Assembly: GCA_030704615.1 (NCBI GenBank)
Contig: CM060732.1
Coordinates: 7,192,001-7,256,000, forward strand
Source of the DNA: Takakia lepidozioides
Taxonomy: Eukaryota > Plantae > Bryophyta
Reading direction: 5' to 3'
DNA: 64,000 nt
Part shown: positions 20,454-32,200 of the stretch, piece after piece
Numbering within the stretch: the first letter of the stretch is position 1
How the letters are laid out: every line of letters starts with the position of its first letter
The notes under the pieces: generated by a model
Told to the model about the DNA's origin: nothing
Database searches by the model: none
What the model saw: only the letters and a program-made list of their open reading frames with translations
Position numbers and translations under genes: made by a program

Positions 20454-23400
20454 GTGCAGAGGGGACACCTGCCGGGTGATGGAGAAATATCTGTGCGTTC
20501 GATACCACCTGAAACCGGGGTCGGTTTTTTGGAGGAGGAAAGGAAGGACTCAAACGGCCTTGTTGTCGAGAGTATTGTTGTGCTCCACGATGATTTCGGC
20601 GATGGCAGGGAATGGCGAGTTCCACCATCGGACAGCGTCATATACAGGGCTGTTGGGGACTTCATTTGCCCGCCAAATGCACCGTCTATCCTGGCGCCTT
20701 CCACGAAACAATCCGCGAATCAGAGAGTGGGTACCTCAAAGAGAGAAGTCCGCAACGAAGTAAATCCAGAGCCGAACCCATCCATGAAGACGACCGAGAA
20801 CCGGGTTGTTCACAACCTGTCCGACTCAGACGAGGTCATGGAAGTTCCGAGGTCGTCCTGGAGATCAGGCAAGTCCTCAATGGACGTCAGTGGAGGAGGG
20901 AGTCATATTCCCAGCACGAGCACCGCAGTTCGATCTATTCTAGAAATTCTGCGAGGGCTTCACCTGGAGGGACACCGGTCGGAGCTGGCCGGGCTGGACT
21001 ACAGCAAGTTTGCAATTAAATCGGTTACATGCCTTCCCGCCGACGTCGACGGTAATGTCTTCTTTGAGTTCCCTCCTCGGGCGGACTACTCGAGGGCGTC
21101 CGGAATGTTGACAGATATGGATAGAAAACATGACGGTCATCCTTGGTGCGTTACCAAAACCACCAGCATGAAGATGCTTGATGGTGTGCGGGTGCGCTAC
21201 GTTGTTTGTGCGGGCGCGTTGCGGTGTTTCTCCCCAACTTGCTTCCACTTTAAATCCAGAGGTCACAGGAACGAGACCGATTGGACAGGCACAGCTCACC
21301 AACCATTTCGAGCTCAGGAGAAGGTTCCGAACTCCACATTTAAGTGTGCGCATTGCAAAGAACCACCACACTGCATGTCTGTTTGTAATGCCAAGCAGTT
21401 CTATGTGTTGCACCGTTTCCCTGACCTCACCCGAGCTTGCATACACGTTGGTTCCCATTGTCACAAATTGGTGAGGGGGAACTCGCGGGAGGCTGCCCAC
21501 GAAGCAGAGCAGCTCGTTCAGGAGGAGGTTAAGTTGAGACCGGGTGCCAAACCCAAACAGATACAGCTCCAAGCCGCCCATAAGATGGCATTGGCCAGAA
21601 TTATGTCGGAAGACGGCTCGGATAGAGTTCCTCTCGACGAGAAGGAAATGGAGGCATTGCTCGAGTCGGTGTCCCACGTATGTTCACCGAATGTCCGAAA
21701 CCACATTGTCTCTTGCAAACAGAAAATTGGGCGTGGCTCGGATATGCACTCCATTCTGGAGGTGAAGCGACGATGTGGATATGACTACATTCATGGAAGT
21801 AGGTTTCCAGGACAAGGGACTGAGGCAGATCGTTGTTTCGTATTCAAAATGTCCACGTGTGGACCTGGCAGTGGCGTCGAACTGGTCGACAGGATGACGA
21901 GTGGGAACTTGTCAAACAGTTGGGTCATGTTCGACCATATCAAGCGAATTACAAATCACCAGTGGGTGACAATGGGTGCACATGTCTACGACACCCACTG
22001 CAGGATGCTAATGACAATTGCTATTTGTGAGATGAAAGGAGAGGACACACAATCGGAGATGCTTCTTTGGCAGGGAATAAACGAACAGATGGCCAAGGCG
22101 GGATTGCCCCCTCCCAATTTCCGTGGTTTCATGGCGGACAACGCACAAGCAAATTGGGCTGCCATCCGAAGGGTGTACGGGCAAGACCCCAATGTTCCCA
22201 TGGAAGGCAAGGAGAGATCTTGTGGGTTCCACTTTCTGCAGAGCCTTTCGCAGTACACAACCAGGCTCGTGGCGCCAGATTTCAGAGAGGAGCACCGTTC
22301 CATGTGCCTTGCGTGGAAGCGCGCTCCCACCTTGGATGATGCAGAGACACAGTTTGCATGCATACGGGCTTGGTGGACATCGTCAGGTGCTGTAAGGAAA
22401 TCAGACGAAGGAGCAATGGTCAGTTGGCTAGCATGGTGGCATTATCGTTTCCTCCAGTTCGGCGACTATATGCGGGAGGTGAGTTGCACGAATTTGCGTC
22501 CCGTTGGATATTATTCTTGGCCATATTTGTAACTTGCTTGTAACCTCAACATGTGCTTGTGCAGGAAATGTGTCTCGACTCCGACACCGACATGCCCACG
22601 ACAAACATGGCCGAATCAGTGCACTCTTCCTGGCGTGCCTCCTCTGCGGCGCATCTGGTGGACATCCTCACTGCCACAACGGAGGACATTGTGAGGTCAA
22701 TTATGCAGCAATGCAGGTACAACGAGTTCTTGAAAGGGAAACAGTGGGGCTTGGGGCCGGACAGGCAGGAAATGCTGATGCGGACTGCCTCCAGATCGAA
22801 GAATCCTCGGAAGTGGGCGGCGGCCTTGCGAGAGGGCCTTCGGGACACGCCATTGCTGCGAAGAGGCCAACATTTGGAAGGAGATGTTCATACCCGTCCA
22901 GTGAGACGAAGACTTGACGAGGCACCTGGCGGAGAAGAGGATTCATGGCGAGCTGACAAGAATATTCGCACGCTCCCTCGTGGTCCGGTGATGTTGTCCG
23001 AGGAGGTCTCGTCGAGCACCGGAAGTCCTGCACGTTCAAGATCGCCATCTCCTTTGAGCACAGGGCGCGTGCCCCGGCAACATAACGAGCCATCTGTAGT
23101 AAAGCAATACAACATTCCCATTGTGGAGACAAGAGTGTCGGAGTCACAGTGGAGAATTGCGAGGACATTGCCGGCATTTCGAGGGAAGTGTTGCGCCATC
23201 CGGGTGGATACGAGAGCACGCTGTGGTGAGATGATTCGGAGGAACCCACACGGTGCTGTACCTGCACCTTGTTTCAGCGGCAGATTTTTGACTCCCACAT
23301 TTGCTCACGCCACAACGCAGACATTTTGGTTCTGTAGGCACGACATAATGACCTGTGTATTTGGCAAGCCCAAGTACGGGATTCAGGGAATGCCGGAGCC

Positions 23401-23983
23401 TCCGGGCGTCTGGCCTGTTGCACCGGGTTGCAGCCTCTCTCAGAATGAGGCGGATGCTCTATCTGCAGCAGGATTTCGAATGGTGCAACGCACAGACATC
23501 CCGGCCCACGCATTTCCGGTTCCTCAGACCCAGCCATTGCATACTGCTCGGTCCAGTAGAGACGGATTGGACAATTCTGCACATCCCACAATGCGATTCG
23601 GAAGAGTGAAGAGACGACACCCTCCCAACAAATTGAATGAGACTCGGATTGCCAATGCTCTTGGGATGGCTTGCACTATTCAGAGCTCCGTGGACGTACC
23701 CCCACCCGGCCTTGGGCGTGTGTATCGGATGGCAACGGCCGGCTCGGCTGTACGCGACGATGTATACACAATTACGATTGGAGTGGAGCCGACTTGCAAC
23801 TGTACGGACTTCTCGTTGATGGAAGCAAAGAAGGGTTCGAAGTATTATCCGTGCAAGCATCTGTATTATATTTACCTGAAGAGGTTGAGGATGAACGTGA
23901 CTATTGATGACTTTATTCATGCACCGGCGTTGAGCGTGAACGAGCTGCACAAACTCCTTCTTAGGGATTCCAGAAATCATTGA
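20454..23983 (+). CDS. E2 MULE transposase, apparently intact (about 1150 aa from the open frame; true start uncertain)
   Basis: Exons 20454-22478 and 22565-23983 joined by a phase-0 GTGAGT..TGCAG intron. Motifs VMFDH, GFMADNAQAN, CGFH, TTNMAESVH and SWIM CNCTDF...PCKH. No stops. Confidence 0.92.
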
Positions 23984-24139
23984 TGGGGCAAACGGAATCC
24001 TCCATATGGATATTTTCAAATGCATTTTGCTGTATCAGACTTTTTTTTTGCAGTGTAATGAAATGCACCCCAAAACTCCTGGAATGAGGCAATATTCCAT
24101 TCAAACTGAGATCCAACAGAAGCAGTTCTGGGGCCATTT

Positions 24140-24500
24140 CTGGAAAAATGGCGCCGAATTTCTCTTTTTGGGGCCGAAAACTCGCTAAGTCCCAACATGC
24201 ACTGGTACCTGTGTTTGGGAAAATGGCGCCGAATTTCTCTTTTTGGGGCCGAAAACTGGCTAAGTCCCAACATGCACTGGTACCGTGTCTGGAAAAATGG
24301 CGCCGAATTTCTCTTTTTTGGGCCGAAAACTGGCTAAGTCCGAACATGCACTGGAAAAATGGCGCCGAATTACCTGTCATGAGGGGACCTATAGCCGCGG
24401 AATTCGGCACCATTTTTCGCCAGAGAGACCTATTGCCGCGAAATACGTCGCCGTTTTTTCAGGTTACGGACCCTATTACCGCGAAATTCGGCGCCATATT
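24140..24500. repeat. E2 subterminal repeats (74-75 bp units) containing AAAATGGCGCCGAATTT
   Basis: GGCGCC cores at 24150, 24225, 24299 and 24361, plus reversed copies near 24405 and 24490. Confidence 0.85.
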
Positions 24501-24753
24501 TGCACATGTCGCTAGGAATTGGCATGAGCGGAAGACAAAATATCATGAGCACAACTGTCAAAAGTGCAATTTTCCCTTCAAGGGGCCGAATAATATATTT
24601 GTTTTTTCTGACACATTGCATTAAATTATTGTTTTTTATTGTTTTTTATTATTTTTTATTTTCGAAATTTGTACTTCTGCTCATGAAAACCGATTGTGTT
24701 ACTACTCTGCTCATGCCGCTCATGCCGCTCATGCTCATGAAATAGCAAACCTC

Positions 24754-25776
24754 AGGTTCATGTATGAGAACATACTTACAAGATTTGGCTGTCCCCTGGA
24801 ATTTATCAGTGACCAGGGAAGTCACTTCATTAACGAGACCATAGAACTATTGACTAAAGAGTTCATGATTGTGCATAGAAAGAGTACAATTTATTACCCA
24901 CAGGGTAATGGGCAGGCACAAGCTACCAACAAAATACTATGTACTATCTTGGCTAAGATAGTCAATGCAAACAAAACAGATTGGGATACAAAGCTGCTGT
25001 TAGCTTTGTGGTCATACAAGACTTCATATAAAGTCACCACTAAGTATACACCAAACTAGTTAGTTTATGGTATGGAAGCTTTACTTCCAGTGGAATTCTT
25101 GTTACCTACTATGAGAACTGAATGGGGAAGGAGAATGGAATTGGAAGATTCGATTAAAATTAGGAAACATGAATTATACCATGTGGAGGAAGTACGTGTT
25201 GATGCAGCAGATAACATGATCAGAATTCAGATGAAGAGGAAGGATCAGTTTGATGAAGATAAATTAAAGACTTTTAAGACGGGAGATTTGGTACTATGGT
25301 TGCAGAAGAAGAGTAAGATTAAAGCTTCTAAGCTTAAATCACCATGGAAAGGACCTTATGTCATACAGAAGATGTATGATAATAACACCGCCATGTTACA
25401 AACCATTAACAAAGAAATGCTGGGAAGAGTCAATGCCAATAAGTTGAAGGGATACAGTGGTATCCATGACAAACCATTGCAGCACAATTTGCATGTTGAA
25501 ACACAAAAACAGTCATGGGCTGCGCCGGTGATACCAACAGAGTATGGAGCACTTGTCGCTAAGCCGAGCGTGTATGACCAGGGCGGAAAGTACAGGTGTT
25601 CGCATAGCTATCACACCCCATCACAGTGCCACACAGCCTATCACAGCCCATCACAGTATGACACAGCCTATCACAGCCCATCACAGTGTGACACAACCTA
25701 TCACAGCCCATCACAGTGTCACACAGCCTATCACAGTTCACCACAGTTAGACACAGCCTGTTACAGCCCAACATAG
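24754..25776 (+). pseudogene. Gypsy integrase core (second half) and C-terminal GPY region
   Basis: RFGCPLEFISDQGSHF, YYPQGNGQA, KSPWKGPY. Stop at 25057. Confidence 0.9.
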
Positions 25777-25780
25777 CCCA
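25605..25780 (+). repeat. 30-bp tandem repeat (ACAGCCTATCACAGCCCATCACAGTGTGAC) x about 5
   Basis: Read directly. It has a 10-bp sub-period, and a related tract occurs at 30300-30400. Confidence 0.85.
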
Positions 25781-25806
25781 CGCGGGTTACACAGTCCATA
25801 GGGTCA

Positions 25807-28800
25807 GTGACAGGTGGACGCAGGTTAATGTCAGAAAAGTGGCCGTCAAGTGAAAGAGAAGTTTGGAAGTCAAACTCGGAGAATGTACCACGCGGACAGG
25901 GGAAGTCGGTGGCATGTCTAAAAACGAACACGTGGCCACTAGGGCGAAGCACACCGCTGTGCATATATTGCAAAAGTGGGTATCATCATGCAAGAGGACA
26001 AATCGGGCCGTCAAAGTACCTACCCGGTACATCAGCCAAAACTATTTGTGGGCCCATTAATGCATTCAGGGCAGGGGTAACGGAACCCTTTCCGAGTACA
26101 GAAAAGAAGGACTTTTACCACATGTGCTGTCCTACTGGACATTCCTGGTGGGAATGTCCACGGAGGGGGGTAGAATTAAAAAGTTACCTAAGCAGACAAC
26201 AGCCAATCAGGAGCGAGAATTTCATGCACGTGGTTCCCTCCAAGAAACAAGAACAAGAAATTGGAAGAGTTATGAGCGGAAGAGTTGGGGTGGCTCCGAA
26301 TAGCCCGTGTCTCGACGGGAGGGGCAATCAAAGCACTAGCTTTGTAGCTATGACGGATATAACGGATTACACGCTTGCTTTACTTCTCACGCAGTGGCGC
26401 AAGGACGAACGAATTGAGAGTACATTCTCTCTCACTCGATACTTGCAAGCCCCACAGGCTTACACGCTCTTACCTGTTCCATTCCGTGCCAACCATACCT
26501 TTATGCTTTGTGCCCTGCAAGCTTTCCTACAGCTGTTTCAAACAAGGCCTTTTTGTTTGTCTAGAATGAAGAGAGTGAGGGGAATGGAGGATATCAGGGT
26601 GAAGAGCACCACGATTCTGCAGAAGCAAACAATTGCTACACCAAACGCAGTGCAGCTGCTGAGGGAGTTGCGATTGGAGGGGCTGCTACGCAAGGACTGG
26701 TCCTTACATCTTTGGCAGTATATGATTCAATTTCTTCATAACTTTGAGCCTCGGACGGGAGTTACCCAGGTGAGAGGAGTAGATATTGAAATTACTCCCC
26801 AGTACTTGCAGCAATTGTTCGATTTGCCATCGGGTCATGTGGATGTGGATGAGCACAGGGCAAGATTGTAGATAGGGAATTTGTTCCAGAAGGGAGTTTC
26901 TTTAAGACTCAAGGTTACGCTTGCACCAAAGCCGAGTACCCAGGGCTCAGAGAAGTTGGCCAAATCTTGAACGTTCTGTTTGCCATGAAACAGAACCAAC
27001 AGTATTTGAGCAGATCATTCACAGAGGAGATACTGAAAGCTTTGAGGGGAGAGGATGTAGCTTGGGCAGAGTTTAATGTACAATGGTCTGGTGGAAGAGA
27101 TGAAGAGGTTACAGGGCACTGCTGCTAAGTCTCCGATCATCGTGTCTGGCCCAGTCATTGCTCAGATTATTCTTGACTCTTGCATACTTGATGCGCGAGA
27201 ACGTAAGGAGATGGGAGTGTTTGAGGCAGCAACCACTGCAATGGAGGAGCAGGGTTCTTCACATAGTGAGGGTGGACTGGCAGGGCAACACCAGTCTAAG
27301 AGACTCAAGCGGGGTATGACTGTAGTGGCGGATCCACTGGCTTCAAGGAAACCGCAAGATGATGTTTCCCAAGCTCTTGTGCAGGAGGGGGCACAGCAGC
27401 ACAGAGGGCTGTTATTACTAGAAGCATGACCTTTGGAGAGGGAAGAAGAAGTCACTTCGACACCACAGCCATCACAGCCAGTTGAATCGGTTATCTCAAA
27501 GGTTCCTTAGTTAGTACATGCTGTGCCACCAGAGCCTATTGCTCTAGAAGGAGAAGGGTTGGACATTCCCACTACAGAGCAGGTCGTGGCAGAAATTGAG
27601 AAGGGTGACCTTCTCTATGAAAACTCTGGCTTGGTCAGTGGGAATCAGTGGTACCAGAGGTGCAGAGTCTGTCCACGGAAATCCCTGCTGTGCATGTAAT
27701 ACCCACACCTGTGGCGGAGGTACCAGGGGTAGAATATAAGGACACTGCAGCACCTGTGGAGGATGAGGGGGTTCAGGAAGAGGATCTGGTGGGACAATGG
27801 CCTGAATGGTTGGTGAAACATCACACTGTGGAGGATCAGGGAGAACAACAACAAGTTCACCATGAAGACCCACAGCAGGCCATGCTTATGAGTTCCATAA
27901 GCAGGACACTCAATTTGTTGGGCACTTATGTGAAATCCCATGTTCCATCTACACAATTGGCAGCTTTGAGGGAGGAACTCAGGAAGGAGTTTGAGACTAG
28001 ACTTGCCACCGAGTGGGCAAACAAGGTGGATGTGGAGGCCAACCTCAAGTTGCAAAAAGAATTGGAGGACACAAAGGCTGCCTTATAGATGGCTGAGGGG
28101 AATTTAATTGAAGCAGGTCTCGAGGAGGAGAAGTTGCATGAAGCACATAAGCAACAGTTATACCAATTGCAGGTGAAGCATGAGGACAAGTTGCAGGAAG
28201 TGAACATGCTACATACAAAGTTGGAGGCAGTTCATCAGAGAATGACCATACAGTGTGCCACACTAACAACTGTTCTAGAGCAAACTGCATTAGAAGTTAA
28301 CAGACAAGGGGAGAGATGTATGATGGCAGAAGGTGAGATAATAGAGCAAGGGAAACTCATTGTTGATTTGAAGGCTACAATCTGCCGCAATGAGAATACT
28401 TTCCAACAGTATAGTCAGGTTGAGGCTGACCAAGAGAGGTATATCCTGGAGTTGCAACAAACAGTCATGGTCAATAGAAATGAACTCTCTGTGGCTAACA
28501 AGGCTTGGAAGGAAGCCAATAATGTGGCTACTGCCTATGCGGGCCTGGTTAAACCTCATGCGAAGCGCATGGAGGCTTTACAGCAGCAGTTAGATGTGTA
28601 CAGACTCAAGGAGGAGCAGACTCTCAGGGGTTCCACACAGGACTTGGTGGATAATCACCTTATGCAGGTATGGTTAGCACAAGGGCCGGTAGAAGGCAAA
28701 GCACCAAGGAAGCTCACCCAAGGCGAGATGAATGATCTCAGATTGCAGGTGCAAAACATTGCCACAACTACTATAGACAATGTCTATAGTAGGATAGCGG

Positions 28801-29938
28801 AGTTACAGGAGGATGTGGAAGGCCTGCAGACTCAAGTGGATGACCTGAGTTCAAATATTGACAAGAGAGTCTTTGTTCATGAGGAGCAGCTGATGGCTAC
28901 TTATTTGCATGCCAGGACTCTAATTTTTCAGTCTTTTTCGTAGGGGATGCAGGAGATGCCAGTGGTAGAAGGGCCAGTGGTGCCAATACCACAGCAGGTG
29001 CCTGTGCAGGTAGCTGACCCTGTTGCTACTACAGCAAGACCACAGCCTGAGGTATGGGGGATGCTGCTTTTAACCCACCTAGGATTCCTGCTGCACGGGA
29101 GTACAGTCGGGCTATGATTATGCCCTTCAACCAAATTCCCATTGTGCTGGATTTGGCTTGGAAGGAATTTAGTCCGCCACAGTCGTTGGCACATTACTAC
29201 CAGATTATGCGCATTTGGTTGCCAGTGGCAACTCGGACTAAGGTTCTTCCAAACAATCAACCCATTGAGGATCATCACTTTGCAAGTTACTGGTCTGAGG
29301 CAGGCACCATGCTGAAGGAATTAATTGCCTTCCAGGTTGTACATGGGTACATCTATACCAAGACCAAGGAGGTATCTAGTATTGTCATGGGTTGTGGATT
29401 ATACTATGCTGCTTGTTTCATGGCACATTATCACATTGAGCAGCAGAAGATGCAATCACAATTTCTGAGTTATTCCAGTGGGGATCATTGGGTCTTACCT
29501 TCAGTGCCACCTCATATGTATGTGTATGATGCAAAAGTTATGATGCATAAGGATTCTCAACTTTGTTCATGGTTTAATTTGGCTTGGAACAACTTGGCAC
29601 TGGAGAAATTTGGCCCTGATGATATTTTCTATAAGGGACATGAAGCCTGGAAATACTTACACTGTTCCAAAGTCATTGGCACACCTCTCACTTATACGGC
29701 TAAGGAGTTCAGAGCGTTCACTCATTTTGCTTGCACGCGCTTACAGCAAGTAGTACAGTTTAAGCTTCCAGACATGGTGGGCCAACATTGTATGCCACGC
29801 AGGATTCCGGAGAAGCCACTTAAAGTTCAGCCGTTAAAACACCTAAGGAGGGACGATGATTCTGATACTACTGGCTCTTTAGAGGACTCTTTTGACATGG
29901 CAGAGGACTATGCACTTCAGATGGCAGAGAAGAAATGA
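25807..29938 (+). pseudogene. Additional sense-strand ORF(s) of the Gypsy element downstream of pol (Athila/Tat-like extra ORF with coiled coil), disrupted
   Basis: Chain of ORFs 25807-26871, 27076-27429, 27648-28943 and 29054-29938. VRGVDIEITPQYLQQLFDLP resembles the putative plant transposon protein domain. E/Q/L-rich coiled-coil segment. Confidence 0.6.
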
Positions 29939-30140
29939 CGGGGATCTCCTATGCCTGAGAGGTTACCTCGTTATCAGCCACAGGAGGGTCAGACATTTCC
30001 AGGTAGTGCTCAATCGCCTCCATCAGCCAGTGACAGGTCTCGGGCTCGCACACGGAGTCCTTCACGAGACTCTCACCGTCAGAAGGGTGCTCGCTCACAA
30101 AGGTTTGCTGATCCTAAACAGTAAACCTTGAGGACATGAC

Positions 30141-30945
30141 TTTTTGAGAGGGGGAGGGGTAATGTTAGAGGGCTGCTTGGGACTTAGACGCTTTTACGGA
30201 TTCTATGGGGTACCCTTAATTTTTGCGCAGACTTACGGATGGTAAACTGAGACCAACATGAGCCTTAGGGGTGGCAAGCGCAGGCTTTAGGGGGGGTAGA
30301 CAGCCCGACACAGTCTGACACAACCCGACATAGCTTTACATAGCCAGTCACAGCTCAGCACAGTCACAGCTCGGCAGAGCTTGACACAGCCTGTCACAGC
30401 GTTCATGGGGAATAGTTATCGTTGACAGGGAACAACTGTGTGGGAACGTGTTACTTCAGGGGTGACGGTTAGTTAGTTAGGTGGTTAGAACAACTTGCAG
30501 GTAGATTAGACAGGGCGGCAACAGGAAGGGGATCACTTCTTGAGGAGCACGACTTGTTCAGGGGAGGAGGAGACGTAACGGAGAGCGGAACAGTGAAGAG
30601 GAGATGATGACTTGATTGAGGCTTAATTCATGCAAGCTGTAGAATCATACAGTAGGGTAGATAAGGGACACCATGGCGTAGGCCTGATACTTGATTAATC
30701 TTAATCTGATACTTATTCGATACAAACATACTGTGTAGAGAGACATGAGAGAAGCTGTGGAATGAATGCATGATTAATTGGAACTTAGTAGATACTGAAG
30801 CAATCTGATGCTTCAGTAAACACAGTAAGGTAAATTGATAACATGAAGGCAAGAAGGAATACAAATAGGAAGCACAACCATGATTCACTTGCTGTAGGTC
30901 ATGACTGATTGTTCTGAGCAAGCTGAGTGCTTAGAGATATCCAAC
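30141..30945 (+). repeat. Polypurine tract and probable 3' LTR
   Basis: GAGAGGGGGAGGGG followed by TAA and TGTTAG at 30163. No 5' LTR is available for comparison and the end is approximate. Confidence 0.55.
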
Positions 30946-30999
30946 TCTTCTATCTTGGAGTTTCCACCTCGGATAGCGAAGGGATGGGTGAGTAAAAGC

Positions 31000-32200
31000 C
31001 GCTCGACAAAGACGTACTATCTCTGTGCCATCAGCCAAAAGAACTCGATCAATCAAGAGCTTCTGGGCCATGGACAAGGAAATAGCTCTCGGGGTCGACC
31101 ATGGCTTCAATTAACGTGCTCTTGAATCATCCTTGATGCATTTTCCGCAGCCTCTCTATTCTCGCCCTTGGCACATGGATGGTTATGAAACCCAACGTGA
31201 ACTGCAACACGTGTATATGTTGGAAGGGAACTTTGTTACATAGTACATTCTTGCCCCACAATGCGCCTCACAGAAAGGTCTTTCTTTGCAGAAACTACAC
31301 TTGAACTGGTTGAATGGAACTTGGGCTCCTGCAATGAACACCTTGTCTGCATTGCCTTCCCAATAGCGGTCATTCCGTTCTCCTTCTTTCTTGAAGAAGG
31401 GGCAAGTGCTGCTTTGACATATGAGCTTTCCAACACAAAGAACCTTACTACATTTCACATGATCTGGAACACCAGACATATTGTAGGTATTGGTCTTGCA
31501 CCAAGGATGACCATCAAACTTGCGGTCCATGCCTTGGAGGGACTGTGAACCACGGTCCGTATGTAGTTTGACCACGGGGGGGGGGGGGGGGGGGGGGGAG
31601 TTTGTGGATCACTTTTCCATCAAAAGCTCGAGGAAGACACCAAACACGATGCCCTGCAATGTGGCTATAGTCCAAGGTAGAAAGCTCTCATTTTGATCCA
31701 TTTCTCCGAGCAGTGGCCAAGATACTCAAAATGGACAACACACTTGAAGGAAATGCAGATGTAGCCTCCCCTGCTAGTCGTGGAGATGAAGATAAACCCC
31801 TCGTAGATTCGCAACAATCGGACGTGGTGTTGTCCAATGGAGTTTTCTCAGGCTTCATGTCGTGAAGCAAGACCGTATGAGCAGATGAGGACAACCTCCT
31901 CCTTCAATTTACAACTCCCATTTGTTGCAGCTTGTTCCTTCTTCCTTGCAATAGAAGTGTGTCTTTCATCATGTGACAATGTATAGCTCGTACGTGTGAC
32001 AAGGTACTTGGAGAAAGTGTCTAGAAACAACTCCCATTGCTTTTGGCCGTCATTGAAAACTGGAAGCAACACTGTGGAGGCATCATCATCTCCATCATCC
32101 TCCAACAAAACTGAACCAGGAACAAGTTTGAATCTATTGCATAACCAAGGTTATAGGATAATGCACTTGTTTCCATTGCAAGGATAACAAACCACTTTTG
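31000..32200 (-). pseudogene. E5: N-terminal fragment of another transposase of the same MULE clade
   Basis: GMDRKFDGHPWCKT...CVGKLICQSSTC...FKCSFCKERPFCEAHCGARMYYV aligns with E0, E2 and E3. Frameshifted and interrupted by a G-run at ~31576-31598. No termini found. Confidence 0.8.

Larger units (their letters stand above)
10442..24753 (+). mobile_element. E2: full-length 14.3-kb MULE with transposase, ParB-MTase accessory gene and palindrome arrays
   Basis: Termini GGGGGCTGCTATTTCATGAG and CTCATGAAATAGCAAACCTC. 9-bp TSD AGGTTCATG at 10433-10441 and 24754-24762. Two divergent genes. Confidence 0.95.
5225..30945 (+). mobile_element. Ty3/Gypsy LTR retrotransposon, decayed, interrupted by MULEs E1 and E2; 5' part cut off by E0
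   Basis: RT-RNaseH-integrase order. The integrase continues in the 65-bp spacer 10377-10441 (TKWVEAKALRDNTAKSTARFM) and resumes at 24754 (RFMYENILTRFGCP). Polypurine tract followed by TG at 30163. The right boundary is approximate. Confidence 0.85.

Noticed and set aside
31576-31598. Poly-G run as a functional G-quadruplex
   Set aside because: It is a homopolymer inside a decayed transposase; slippage or sequencing error is more likely.
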